Assembly (NCBI RefSeq): GCF_036396855.1
Contig: NZ_DASWKA010000043.1
Coordinates: 2,762 to 66,761, forward strand
Reading direction: 5' to 3'
DNA length: 64,000 nt
DNA from: Candidatus Deferrimicrobium sp.
GTDB taxonomy: Bacteria > Desulfobacterota > Deferrimicrobia > Deferrimicrobiales > Deferrimicrobiaceae
Part shown: positions 35,927-45,353 of the stretch, in pieces
Layout: every line of letters starts with the position of its first letter
Position numbering within the stretch: the first letter of the stretch is position 1
Notes under the pieces: generated by a model
Database searches by the model: none
Seen by the model: the letters and a program-made list of their open reading frames with translations, nothing else
What the model was told of the DNA's origin: nothing
Position numbers and translations under genes: made by a program

Positions 35927-37188
35927 GGGCGATCCGTCGATTTCGGGAAGGACCTTTCCCGACGGGAATTGAAACGATAATAGGTACCGTCTTCCATCTC
36001 CCGCCGGATCACCTTCGCGAAAAGCTCGGCCATCTTGATCTGGTGGCCGCCGCCCGCATAGAACGTGTCCCAGGCGTAGTGGTACATCTCCTGGAGTTTC
36101 TCCGGGGACATGCGGCGGGGGCGGAACACCACCCGGTCGGCGGTGTACTCTCCCCAGTCGTCGCTCAACATCCGGTTTTCGGCGGCGATCCGCGTCCGGA
36201 GGGGGGAATGCGGAAACGGCGTCATGATGGTAAATTCCGCCACGTCCAGACCAACCTCGAGCAGGAAGTCCACGAGCCGCCGGATCGAATCCTCGTCCTG
36301 TTCGTCGGTGCCGAGCAGGATCGTGCCTTCGACCGCGATCCCGTGGTCTTTCAATCTCCGGATCCGGTTGCGGATCAGGTCGGAGGTGTCGATCACCGCC
36401 TGGTAGACGTACCAGGCGCCGGCGTCGGCCGCCAGCTTGAGGACCCGGTCGTCGTCGAGGATCGGGTGGGAGACCCATTTCTTCTTCAACGGCGCCATGG
36501 CCGTGAACAGGTCGATCAGCCACTGGCGGTCCTGGGCCAGGGAGTTGTCGACGATGAACAGGCGATTGTTCGGGATCTTTTCCATCTCCTCGATCACGCG
36601 ATCGATCGGGCGGGGGCGGAAGGTTTTCCCTCCCAGGAAGGCGCTGCAGCAGGGGTAGCAGTTGAAGCGGCATCCGCGGGAGGCGTGGACCAGGTCGAGC
36701 ATCTGGACACCCCGGTAGTTGTACAGGTCGTGCGCCAGGATCTCCCGTCGGGCGGGGCCGATCAACGCCATGTCCGGAGGGGAATTCATGTAGTCATAGG
36801 TTTTTTTCAGCCGGCCGGCGGAGAAGTCGTCCAGGACGCCGGCGAACCGGCCCTCCGCTTCCCCGAGGAAGACCGAATCGGCGTGCGTGGCGACCTCCTC
36901 GGCATGCAGCATCGTGGCGATGCCGCCGAAGAGGACCGGGACGCCCCGTTCCCGGTATCGTTTCGCGATTTCGAAGGCTCGCGGCAGCTGGCAGGTCAAC
37001 ATGACGGAGATCCCGGCCAGGTCGCAGGGGGCGCCGAAATCGATCTCCTGGAGGTTCTCGTCGACAAACGTCAGCGACACCCCGGGCGGCACGGTGGCGG
37101 CGAAGACGACGGGGCCGTGCGGGGGGAGGTGGAATTCCGTCTGCCGGTCCAGCTTGCGCCAGGAAGGATAGACGAGGGTCATCTTCAT
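35923..37188 (-). CDS. B12-binding domain radical SAM protein
   Basis: ATG 37188 (ATGA overlap). N-terminal MKMTLVYPSW... SRGCRFNCYPC triad. Confidence 0.88.
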   Translation of the reverse strand: MKMTLVYPSWRKLDRQTEFHLPPHGPVVFAATVPPGVSLTFVDENLQEIDFGAPCDLAGISVMLTCQLPRAFEIAKRYRERGVPVLFGGIATMLHAEEVATHADSVFLGEAEGRFAGVLDDFSAGRLKKTYDYMNSPPDMALIGPARREILAHDLYNYRGVQMLDLVHASRGCRFNCYPCCSAFLGGKTFRPRPIDRVIEEMEKIPNNRLFIVDNSLAQDRQWLIDLFTAMAPLKKKWVSHPILDDDRVLKLAADAGAWYVYQAVIDTSDLIRNRIRRLKDHGIAVEGTILLGTDEQDEDSIRRLVDFLLEVGLDVAEFTIMTPFPHSPLRTRIAAENRMLSDDWGEYTADRVVFRPRRMSPEKLQEMYHYAWDTFYAGGGHQIKMAELFAKVIRREMEDGTYYRFNSRRERSFPKSTDRP

Positions 37189-37907
37189 AAAGGTCTCGGA
37201 AACCCGATGCATGAGCGAACGAGCTCGTTCAGGTCGGCGATCTCGACTCCGTCGTGCCGAACGGCGCCTCCTTCGGACAGGTCGAGTGTCCCGTACCCGC
37301 CTGCGGCGGGATCCCGGGCATTCTCCAGCACCAGGAAGAGCCCGCCGGCCCACGGGGGACGGATCCCCGGGATCGCCGGTCCGGCCGGGAGATCGATATG
37401 GCCCGCCAGCATCGTGCCGCACTCGCCACAGGAGAGGCTCTCAAGCGCCATCCGCACCCCGCTCAAGGCGTCTTCGGCGGAATCGCTGACGATGAGGGTC
37501 GGGCCCGTCAGGCCGAACTGGATCGCCGCTTCCCCGAGGAAGCAGGTTGGGAGGGTGCAGGAGAACAGGTTGGGGCTCGGCAGTCCGCCGCCCTCAGGGA
37601 GGACGGTATTGTAATACTCGATATCCGTGGCGAGGCACCCTGCCCGGGTCGAGGCCACGATGCCCGCGGAACGTTTCGTTTCCCAATGTTCCATCCCGGC
37701 GTCCCGCAGGGCAAACGCGACGGCGGCCATGCCCACCCGGGAATATTGCGGAAGTCGCCCGAACCGGAGGTTCGGTTCGGGGAAGACGTCTTCCCTCGTC
37801 ACGGGGGGGATCGGGTCGGCGGTCATCGAAAACTCCCGCGCCTCCCGGCCCCGGCCCGGACCCTGCGAAGTTACCCAGCCGATGCCTGCGACGACGGAAC
37901 CGGTCAC
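37185..37907 (-). CDS. short beta-ketoacyl synthase N-terminal-domain-like protein without a catalytic Cys (CLF-like partner)
   Basis: GTG 37907 (GTGA overlap with the upstream KAS). About 240 aa. The active-site position reads SDSAED instead of TACSSG. Confidence 0.65.
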   Translation of the reverse strand: MTGSVVAGIGWVTSQGPGRGREAREFSMTADPIPPVTREDVFPEPNLRFGRLPQYSRVGMAAVAFALRDAGMEHWETKRSAGIVASTRAGCLATDIEYYNTVLPEGGGLPSPNLFSCTLPTCFLGEAAIQFGLTGPTLIVSDSAEDALSGVRMALESLSCGECGTMLAGHIDLPAGPAIPGIRPPWAGGLFLVLENARDPAAGGYGTLDLSEGGAVRHDGVEIADLNELVRSCIGFPRPL

Positions 37908-39055
37908 TCGGGACCCCTTTTCAGGATGAGGGCGGCATTGATCCCGCCGAAACCGGAATTGGTGCTCAGGAGGTAGATGCCGCCGATCGGTTGCGGGAGA
38001 GAGCTTACCGGGAAGCCGCATCGCTCCATCGGCTCCCGGAACCCGGCGGTGGGCGGAAGCGTCCGGTCGGTTAACGACCGCAAGCCCAGGGCGACTTCGA
38101 TCCCGCCCGCAGCGCCCATGGTGTGTCCGATGGCTCCCTTGAGCGAATTCAGCGGAATACGGCGGGATCCGAAGACGGATTCGAATGCCGTTACCTCCAT
38201 CGCATCATTGTAAACCGTTCCCGTGCCGTGCGCGTTGATGGCGGAGATGTCGTCCGGTCCGATCGACGCTTTCGCCATCGCCAGCCGGACGGCCTGAATC
38301 AGGCCGCAACCGTCGCGGGCGGGGGCGGTGACGTGGGTTGCGTCGTTGGCCGCGCCCCAGCCGACGACCGAGCCGATTCCGCGGATCCCTTTTCCGCGGG
38401 CCTTCTCCGAGCTCATCATCAGGAGAGCCGCTCCTCCCTCCCCGACGGAAAGGCCGTTTCTGTTCCGGTCGAAGGGGCGGCAGCCGTCGGGGTCCAGCGC
38501 CTGCAGCGAACTGAAGCCGGAGAGGATGAATTCGCTCACGAGGTCCATGCATACCACCAGGACGGCATCGGCGCGGCCGGACGCGATCATGGCGGCGGCC
38601 CGGGCGACGGCCATCGTCGAGGAAGCGCATGCGCTGCTGACGTTGACGCCCGGATCGTTCAACCCCAGCCTTGACGCGAGCCACGTCAGCGGCCCGGAGA
38701 TCGGAATGTCGTCGATAACGCCGGGTTGCCCCTTCCGCACCCGCTCGAAGGTGTCGATGCAACCCTTGGTCGTTGCCGTCAGGAGGCGGCATCCCGGCGG
38801 CAGCGGACCGAACCCTTCCAGCAACCGTTCCAGGATCGGGAAGAGAAGGGACCGGTTCCCACGGGATTCCAGTCCTTCGATCCAGGAGGCATTCCGGGCG
38901 GAATAGCGACCGGCGTCGAACCGCAGGATCGGCCGGACCGCGGTCTCCCCGGCGAGGAGTCTCCGCCATGTCGTCTCCAGGTCGGGCCCGAGCCCGGTGA
39001 CCGAGGCCGTTGCGGTGATCAGGACTTCCTTCAAGCGAGCCCTCCTTTCCTCCAC
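37904..39055 (-). CDS. beta-ketoacyl-ACP synthase I/II family
   Basis: VSSACASSTMAV (Cys), INAHGTGTVYND and GAIGHTMGAAGGIE. An alternative TTG start at 39034 would give a TTGA overlap with the thioesterase stop. Confidence 0.92.
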   Translation of the reverse strand: MEERRARLKEVLITATASVTGLGPDLETTWRRLLAGETAVRPILRFDAGRYSARNASWIEGLESRGNRSLLFPILERLLEGFGPLPPGCRLLTATTKGCIDTFERVRKGQPGVIDDIPISGPLTWLASRLGLNDPGVNVSSACASSTMAVARAAAMIASGRADAVLVVCMDLVSEFILSGFSSLQALDPDGCRPFDRNRNGLSVGEGGAALLMMSSEKARGKGIRGIGSVVGWGAANDATHVTAPARDGCGLIQAVRLAMAKASIGPDDISAINAHGTGTVYNDAMEVTAFESVFGSRRIPLNSLKGAIGHTMGAAGGIEVALGLRSLTDRTLPPTAGFREPMERCGFPVSSLPQPIGGIYLLSTNSGFGGINAALILKRGPE

Positions 39056-39492
39056 CGGTCGAGGAATTCGCGGTAGAAGGGGGGGGGGAGCATGAGGAGA
39101 TTCCTGTCGGCGTCGAGCATCATCTGGACAGTGTACCCGGTCGTGGTCACCTCCCGCGCTTCATTCCGCAGGATGAACTCCATGTTCAGGCGGGTGGCTT
39201 CCGACCAGTGGAGCACGGCATCGACGGTAAAGGTTTCCCGGAAACGGAGGGGGCGGAGGTAGTCGACGTGGAGCTTCCGGATCGGGGCGACGACCCCTTT
39301 TTCGTAGAAATCGAGGTAGCCGATGCCGTACCGGTCGGTGAGCGCCACGCGGGCATCCTCGAAATAGCTCGCGTACCGTCCGTGCCAGACGATCCCCAGC
39401 GGGTCGACCTCCTCGAATCGCACGCGGATGGACAACGTGGCGCGCAGCGACGCGGGCGCTCCTTCCTCGGCGGTGAAATACGGCGTGATCAT
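39031..39492 (-). CDS. hotdog-fold acyl thioesterase (4HBT/YbgC-like)
   Basis: ORF trimmed to ATG 39492 (ATGA overlap). IRVRFEEVDPLGIVWHGRYASYFEDAR is the typical 4HBT N-terminal motif. Confidence 0.8.
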   Translation of the reverse strand: MITPYFTAEEGAPASLRATLSIRVRFEEVDPLGIVWHGRYASYFEDARVALTDRYGIGYLDFYEKGVVAPIRKLHVDYLRPLRFRETFTVDAVLHWSEATRLNMEFILRNEAREVTTTGYTVQMMLDADRNLLMLPPPFYREFLDRWRKGGLA

Positions 39493-39875
39493 CGGGAAGT
39501 CTCCTCTTCTGCCAGTTCGAGTTGGAAGGCGGCGACCGTTTTTCCCGCGACCGAGAGCGTGGCGTCGCAAATGTCCTTCCCTGAATCGATGCGCCGACGA
39601 TACCGGATCCAAACGTCTTCATCCGGATGGATCGGTGCGAGGAATTTGGCGGACCGTACCGCCGTCATGCGCAATGCCTTCCCACACTCCTCCTCCGCGA
39701 GGGAGACCACGGCGCGAATCTGGACGATCGCCGGGAGGATGGGGTTTCCCGGAAAATGGCCCGAGAAGCCGATGAACCCGGGGGAGAAGCGATAACGGCG
39801 GGAGACCGTTTCCGTCCCGGTCCCCACGAGGGCCTCCATCGCCGAGGCGTCGATCCCCTTCCGCAGGTCGCTCAT
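39489..39875 (-). CDS. FabZ/FabA-like 3-hydroxyacyl-ACP dehydratase (hotdog)
   Basis: The FSGHFPGNPILPAIVQI motif contains the catalytic His. 128 aa. Confidence 0.82.
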   Translation of the reverse strand: MSDLRKGIDASAMEALVGTGTETVSRRYRFSPGFIGFSGHFPGNPILPAIVQIRAVVSLAEEECGKALRMTAVRSAKFLAPIHPDEDVWIRYRRRIDSGKDICDATLSVAGKTVAAFQLELAEEETSR

Positions 39876-40327
39876 CGATCATCCCCGTCCGCGTCCGGAT
39901 CGACGAGCCACAGCTTCAAGGTCCCCGAGGCGAGGGTCTCGCCACCGCGGGTGACGACGCCCTCGACAACGGCGAATCCGCCGAACGCGGCGACGGTCCG
40001 GATCGAGGTCAGGAGTCGGTCGCCGGCATAGGCCTTGCCGATGATCTCGAGATGGCGCACTCCGACCAGGAATCCCTCGCCCGGGGGCCTGCCGTCCATC
40101 CGGTCCAGATATCCCTTGAAGGCGGCGTAACTCTGAGCGATCAACTCCATGAACGCCACCTCGTCGATCTTTCCCTCCCCGTCCGCCATCAAGGTGGTTC
40201 GCGGAAGGACGGATTCGGCCACCGCGCAACCGTCGTTTACGGAGACCAGCGTGTCGACGAGCCGCATCGGCGCGCGTTGCGGAATGAGGCGCTCCGCGGC
40301 CATCGGAAGCGTGAATCCGGTGATCAT
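39872..40327 (-). CDS. second hotdog-fold dehydratase-like protein
   Basis: ORF trimmed to ATG 40327 (ATGA overlaps on both sides). About 151 aa with IPQRAPMRLVDTLV at the N-terminus, as in dehydratase partners of aryl-polyene-type clusters. Confidence 0.6.
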   Translation of the reverse strand: MITGFTLPMAAERLIPQRAPMRLVDTLVSVNDGCAVAESVLPRTTLMADGEGKIDEVAFMELIAQSYAAFKGYLDRMDGRPPGEGFLVGVRHLEIIGKAYAGDRLLTSIRTVAAFGGFAVVEGVVTRGGETLASGTLKLWLVDPDADGDDR

Positions 40328-41121
40328 GGATCCGTTCCTCCCTTGCCGGATCCGCCGGCCGTTCCCCGCATCTCGTCCAGTGCGGTCGACATCCGGTCCC
40401 TCACGGCGTTGCAAAGCCGCGTCGGGCCCGACGCCCCAAGGAACCCGGCGGGGTCGACGGACGGAAGCGCCCGGAGCCGCACGTCCGCGGGGTGGAGCCA
40501 ATGTTTCCCCGAGGGCAGGAGAATGTCGGTGCCGGTGATGCAAAGCGGTACCAGGGGAAGTCCTGTCTCGATCGCCATGCGGAACGCCCCCGAGTAGAAC
40601 GGCTGCAGCCGGCGGTCCCGGCTGCGGTGCCCCTCGGGGAAGAACAGGACGCAGCCTTTTTTCGAAGCGGCACGCCGGCAGATCTCCACGGCGTCTTTCC
40701 ACGCGACGTTTTCCACGTCGATGTAGCGGGCGAGGCGCATGAACGTCGTATACCAGTACATTTTGAACGGCCACGCGCCGACCGCGAAGGTCAGGTCGTG
40801 GAACGGAAGCGAGGCCATGTAATACCCGTCGACGAACGAAAGATGGTTGACGACCAGGATCGAGGGGAGCGGGATCGTCTCCAGGTCCTCCTTCCGGAAA
40901 CGGACGAATGGGGAGACGATGACGATCAATCCTCGGCCGTGAACCTTGATCCAGTAGCGCACGACGCGGGCGATCTCCCAGCCGGTGGCGATCTTCAGGA
41001 CCGCGATCAGGGCCGGAGAGCAGACGATGCCGACGATGGTCCAGGCGATCATCAGCGGATAGAACATCACGGTCAGAAGGAACGCACGGAGTCCCGGTTT
41101 CCGCTCAATGGATGTGTCCAT
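40324..41121 (-). CDS. PlsC-family 1-acyl-sn-glycerol-3-phosphate-type acyltransferase
   Basis: N-terminal TM helices. HX4D box VVNHLSFVDG, then FFPEGHRSRD. Confidence 0.85.
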   Translation of the reverse strand: MDTSIERKPGLRAFLLTVMFYPLMIAWTIVGIVCSPALIAVLKIATGWEIARVVRYWIKVHGRGLIVIVSPFVRFRKEDLETIPLPSILVVNHLSFVDGYYMASLPFHDLTFAVGAWPFKMYWYTTFMRLARYIDVENVAWKDAVEICRRAASKKGCVLFFPEGHRSRDRRLQPFYSGAFRMAIETGLPLVPLCITGTDILLPSGKHWLHPADVRLRALPSVDPAGFLGASGPTRLCNAVRDRMSTALDEMRGTAGGSGKGGTDP

Positions 41122-41145
41122 CAGGACTGCCGGAACTGGGGCCCG

Positions 41146-41412
41146 CTACCGGGGAAGGCTTTCGAGCTCGTTCTTCTTCTGGAGGACGAATGCGTGGATG
41201 TCGCCCAGCGTCCGGATTTTCCGGATCCCCTCTTCCTCGCGGATCTTGAAACGGAATGCCGCTTCGAGAACGATGACCAGGTCGACGATGTCCAGGCTGT
41301 CCAGCCCCAGTTCCTGGAACAAGGTCTTCTCCGGCTTCATCGCTTCCGGGTCGATCTCGAATTCCTCCGCGATCGATCGATCGATCCGTTCGATGATATC
41401 CTGGTCCGTCAC
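41146..41412 (-). CDS. acyl carrier protein (ACP 3)
   Basis: GTG 41412 (GTGA overlap). LGLDSLDIVDLVIVLE. Confidence 0.85.
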   Translation of the reverse strand: MTDQDIIERIDRSIAEEFEIDPEAMKPEKTLFQELGLDSLDIVDLVIVLEAAFRFKIREEEGIRKIRTLGDIHAFVLQKKNELESLPR

Positions 41413-42641
41413 CGCTGAAACCTCCTGAGGATCAGGGAGGAGTTCACTCCCCCCAGCGCGAAATTGTTCTTCATTACGGTGTCGACCCGTCGGGAGGTGA
41501 CCTCCCGCACATGCAGCACGGACCCGCACAACGGATCGACGTGATCGAGATTGTGCGTCGGCAACAGGATCTCCCGCCGCATCATTTCGACGGATGCCGC
41601 CAGTTCGAGGGCGCCGCTGGCCGCCATCGCGTGCCCGAGGTTCCCCTTCAGGCTGCTGGCGGGGACCCGGTCTCCGAAAACGGAACGGATCGCCTCGCTT
41701 TCCGCGATGTCCCCCCGTTCCGTTCCGGTGGCGTGCGCGTTCACGTATTCGATTCCCTCCGGGCCGATGCCGGCGTCGACCAATGCCAGGCACATGCAAT
41801 GCGCGATGTTCGCCGCATTCGGATTCGCGATGCTCTCCGGATCGGAAGTCGAGGCGAAACCGATGATCTCTGCGAGGATTTCCGCACCCCGCCGGAGCGC
41901 CGAATCCAGCGACTCGAGAAGGAGTATACCACTCCCTTCGGCGCATACCACGCCGTCACGGTCCCGGTCGAAGGGGCGCGGGGTCCTTTCCGGAGATTCG
42001 TTGTAGCGGGTGGAGGCCGCGTTCATGATGTCGAACGTTCCGGCGGTCAACGGGTGGAATTCGTCGGCGCCCCCGCAAAGCATGAAATCCTGTTTCCCCA
42101 TCGAGATCATCTCGGCGCCGTACCCCACGGCCAGGGATCCGGTGGAGCAGGCCGCCGCGGGGGCCACGGTCCGCCCGGTGATGCCGAACATGTGCGCCAC
42201 GTTGGCCGCGCAACTGTGGTTCATGATTTGGAAGAAGACCCCCGATTTCATTCGCTCGACGCTGTTGTCGATCCGGAAGTCATCGAAAAATGCCTGGGTC
42301 GCAAGAGGACTGCCGATCGTCGAGCCGATGGACACGCCCAGCCTTCCTCCGCGGATCTGGTCCCCGGACATCCCGGCCTGTGCGATGGCATCTCCGGCGG
42401 CCAGGGCGGCGAAGACCGACATGGCGGACATCGACCGGCGGTACTTTCGCGGAATCTCCCCGGGGTCGACCCCGTACACGAGGGCGGCAACCCGGGTTCG
42501 GATTCCCCGGATGTCCGCCAATTCGGGTAGAATTCTCACCCCGCTCTCGCCCAACAGCAGCGCGGTCATCAGGGTGTCGACGCCCCGGCCGAAAGGGGAA
42601 ATCGCGCCCATTCCCGTGATGACGACCCTTTTCAACGGCAT
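41409..42641 (-). CDS. beta-ketoacyl-ACP synthase II-like (FabF family)
   Basis: ORF trimmed to ATG 42641. RVVITGMGAISPFG, AAACSTGSLAV (Cys), VNAHATGTERGD and GNLGHAMAASGALE. Confidence 0.92.
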   Translation of the reverse strand: MPLKRVVITGMGAISPFGRGVDTLMTALLLGESGVRILPELADIRGIRTRVAALVYGVDPGEIPRKYRRSMSAMSVFAALAAGDAIAQAGMSGDQIRGGRLGVSIGSTIGSPLATQAFFDDFRIDNSVERMKSGVFFQIMNHSCAANVAHMFGITGRTVAPAAACSTGSLAVGYGAEMISMGKQDFMLCGGADEFHPLTAGTFDIMNAASTRYNESPERTPRPFDRDRDGVVCAEGSGILLLESLDSALRRGAEILAEIIGFASTSDPESIANPNAANIAHCMCLALVDAGIGPEGIEYVNAHATGTERGDIAESEAIRSVFGDRVPASSLKGNLGHAMAASGALELAASVEMMRREILLPTHNLDHVDPLCGSVLHVREVTSRRVDTVMKNNFALGGVNSSLILRRFQR

Positions 42642-44119
42642 GCCTTCAGTCCCTTGATGAGGCGGTCGTGTCCGAGGATGTTCCCGCAGGCCATGAATCC
42701 GGAAAGGATCGCTCCGAGGATTCCGGGGGACGTGACGGCCTGCCCCGCCAGGTAAAGGCCTTTCACCCGGGTCAAGGGAACCGGGTTGTACTGGCCTACC
42801 TTGTGTTTTACCCCGTAGAGCCCCCCCGATGGGGCATTGCCGAAATCCCGGACGGTCAGGGGAGTGGAGGTCTCCACGCATGCCGTCGCTCTCCCGAGTT
42901 CGGGGCAGTACCGCTTCACCAGATGTTCCATCCGCACGGTGATCCCTTCCTTGAACCGTCTGTAGCTCTCGGGGCGATTCCCCGTCACGGAATCTTCCCA
43001 TTCGCGGGTCGTCTCCGGCAACGTGGGAAAGATTCCGATGAACCCCCGGGGGACGTCGCCCGGATGCATGCGTGCGGCGGTGAGGTACAGCGGGCTTTCC
43101 TCCAGCGGCCGGTTTCCGATGCGGCGGAAGCCGTCGGCGGATGGCAGCACGAAGAGGTTTCGGCCCGAAAGGGCAGGGACGGGAAGGTCGGAAACCGAAT
43201 ACAGCATGAACGCCGAGACGGTATCCTCCAGTCCCATGATCCGGTTTTTGTACGCCGGACGAAAGGAACCCCCCGGTACCATTTCGAGCATCGTGCGCGG
43301 ATGGACCGTCACGACGGCGCCTCCGCAGCGCAATTCCTTCCCGCCTTCCAGCTGTACTCCGCGAAGCACTCCCTCCGGGGCGACGGAGAGGGAAGTGACC
43401 TCGCATCCGCGGTGGATCTCGACCCCCAGTTCTTCGAGTCGGGCATCAAACGCCGTTGCCAGGCTCCGGCCACCCCCTGCGATGCCTCTGGCGGAAAGGT
43501 AGTAGCTTCCGACGATGCCGGCGTGCTGCTGGAACGATACCTCCTCGGGGGGGACGCCGTACAGAAGACAATGTGTGGAGAGCACGCTTTTCAGAATCTC
43601 ATCGCCGGTCAGGGAATCCAGCGTTTCCCTCAGCGTGGGGCCGAATACCCTCCTCAGTGCCCCGTTCGGATCGAGGGGAGCGTCGAGGTTCAGGTACGGG
43701 ACCGAATCGAAGACGGACCGGACGGCGCGGAGATAGGTTTCGACCGCGGACCTCTCCGCCGGAAACGCCTCCACAAGATTCTCCCGCAGGGGATCGTATC
43801 CCGACGGAAAACGGAACTCGAAGCCGTTCGGGACGGTGCGGATCGTGTCGAACCCGTTCGCGTCGAACGGGAAGCTGGACAAGCGGTCCGAGAGCCCGAG
43901 GTAACGGAAAAAAACGTCGAGCGGCTCTCCTTTCCCCATCCCCCCCGCGTAGTGGAAGCCGGTGTCGAAATGAACGCCTCTGCGGGAAAACCCCCGCAGC
44001 AACGGAGCGGTATGACCGGCTTTTTCGACGAGCGCCACGGAATAACCGTTCCGCGCGAGGAGCAGCGCCGAGGTCAGGCCGGAGACCCCTGCGCCGACGA
44101 CGACGAAATCATGCGTCAT
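42632..44119 (-). CDS. FAD-dependent oxidoreductase, phytoene-desaturase (CrtI/CrtD)-like
   Basis: ATG 44119 (ATGA overlap). Dinucleotide fold DFVVVGAGVSGLTSALLLARNG. C-terminal LYLAGQAVTSPGILGAILSG. Confidence 0.85.
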   Translation of the reverse strand: MTHDFVVVGAGVSGLTSALLLARNGYSVALVEKAGHTAPLLRGFSRRGVHFDTGFHYAGGMGKGEPLDVFFRYLGLSDRLSSFPFDANGFDTIRTVPNGFEFRFPSGYDPLRENLVEAFPAERSAVETYLRAVRSVFDSVPYLNLDAPLDPNGALRRVFGPTLRETLDSLTGDEILKSVLSTHCLLYGVPPEEVSFQQHAGIVGSYYLSARGIAGGGRSLATAFDARLEELGVEIHRGCEVTSLSVAPEGVLRGVQLEGGKELRCGGAVVTVHPRTMLEMVPGGSFRPAYKNRIMGLEDTVSAFMLYSVSDLPVPALSGRNLFVLPSADGFRRIGNRPLEESPLYLTAARMHPGDVPRGFIGIFPTLPETTREWEDSVTGNRPESYRRFKEGITVRMEHLVKRYCPELGRATACVETSTPLTVRDFGNAPSGGLYGVKHKVGQYNPVPLTRVKGLYLAGQAVTSPGILGAILSGFMACGNILGHDRLIKGLKACR

Positions 44120-45336
44120 TGCCCGAAGGAAAGAACGAGGCATGCATTTGTGCCGCCGAACCCTGCTGAATTGCACAGGACGTGCTCCGGGGGATGGGGG
44201 ATCGTCTTTACGACGATCTTCAGCTTTGCCGAGTCCTCGTCGGGTTCGGAAAAATTGATATTGGGAGCGATGAACCCTTCCATGGCCATGATGGTGGAAT
44301 AGACGACCTGCGAGGCGCCGGACATCCAGAGCTCATGGCCCGTCATCGACTTGAGGGACGAAACCCACGGGCCGCCGGCTCCGAACACGGCGCATATATT
44401 GCGGGCCTCCGCGGCGTCTCCGGCCGGGGTGGAGGTCGCATGGGCGCAGATATAATCGATGTCCCCGGGTTGCAGCCCCGCAAGGGCGATCGCTTTCCGC
44501 ATCGCTCTTTGCAGTCCGTCCTCGCTCGGGATCGAGATGTGGCTCCCGTCGGAAGAAAACGCGTACCCACGGATTTCCCCCAGGACGCGAGCCCCACGCT
44601 CCTTCGCCTTGTCGAGTCGCTCCAGGACGAGCGCGGCCGCGCCCCCGCCCGGGACCAGTCCGTCCCGATGCGCATCGAAGGGCCGGGAGGCGCGTTTCGG
44701 ATCCCGGAGCCGGAGGGAGAACGCCCCGAGGGCGTCGAAACTGCACATCGATTCCCAGTTGATCTCCTGGGCACCGCCGCAGATGACCCTCTCCTGCCGC
44801 CCGAGGGCGATCAGGTCGGCGGCCTGCCCCACAGCATGCCCACCGCTCGAACAGGCGGAACTGATGGTCCAGCAGGCTCCCCGGGTTTGCAGGAGGGTGT
44901 TCAGGTTCATCGTGATGCAGGAGGTCATCGAGCGGAACACATGGCCGCTGCCGATCAGCTTCGTTTCCCCCCGTTGGCGGAGCAGTTCGACCTGCTCCAC
45001 GGCGGCGATGCAGCTCGAATCGCAGCCGAACACCAGTCCGGTCTCATCGTTTTGGATCTCTTCCGTGGAAAGGCGAGACATCCGGATTGCGTCGGCCGCG
45101 GCCGCGTACGCCTGGACCGCGAAATCCGGCATGGTCTTGCACTGTTTTTTGGAGAGGAAATTCCTCGGGTCGAAATCACGGATGGCGCCCGTCAGGGGGC
45201 TGCGAAACCCGACCTTTTCCCGTTCCGGGTCGGAAACGACTCCCGACTCTCCCCGCCGTAACGCCTCCCCGACGCTTTCGATGCCATTGCCGAGGCAGGA
45301 GATTATGCCGATTCCCGTGATCGCGACCCGATGCAT
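44116..45336 (-). CDS. beta-ketoacyl-ACP synthase I/II family
   Basis: RVAITGIGIISCLG, ISSACSSGGHAV (Cys), ICAHATSTPAGD and SMTGHELWMSGA. Confidence 0.92.
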   Translation of the reverse strand: MHRVAITGIGIISCLGNGIESVGEALRRGESGVVSDPEREKVGFRSPLTGAIRDFDPRNFLSKKQCKTMPDFAVQAYAAAADAIRMSRLSTEEIQNDETGLVFGCDSSCIAAVEQVELLRQRGETKLIGSGHVFRSMTSCITMNLNTLLQTRGACWTISSACSSGGHAVGQAADLIALGRQERVICGGAQEINWESMCSFDALGAFSLRLRDPKRASRPFDAHRDGLVPGGGAAALVLERLDKAKERGARVLGEIRGYAFSSDGSHISIPSEDGLQRAMRKAIALAGLQPGDIDYICAHATSTPAGDAAEARNICAVFGAGGPWVSSLKSMTGHELWMSGASQVVYSTIMAMEGFIAPNINFSEPDEDSAKLKIVVKTIPHPPEHVLCNSAGFGGTNACLVLSFGQ

Positions 45337-45353
45337 AACGCTCCCAGGATGGC

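Noticed and set aside
18940-37422. N-terminal extensions of many minus-strand ORFs in the track (18940..20835, 19587..22589, 22070..24199, 23272..25008, 28745..31285, 32179..33660, 33126..35654, 34574..36673, 35923..37422).
   Set aside because: The extensions run through the upstream gene in a different frame and are low-complexity. Internal ATG/GTG starts coincide with upstream stops (ATGA/GTGA) and give canonical N-termini.
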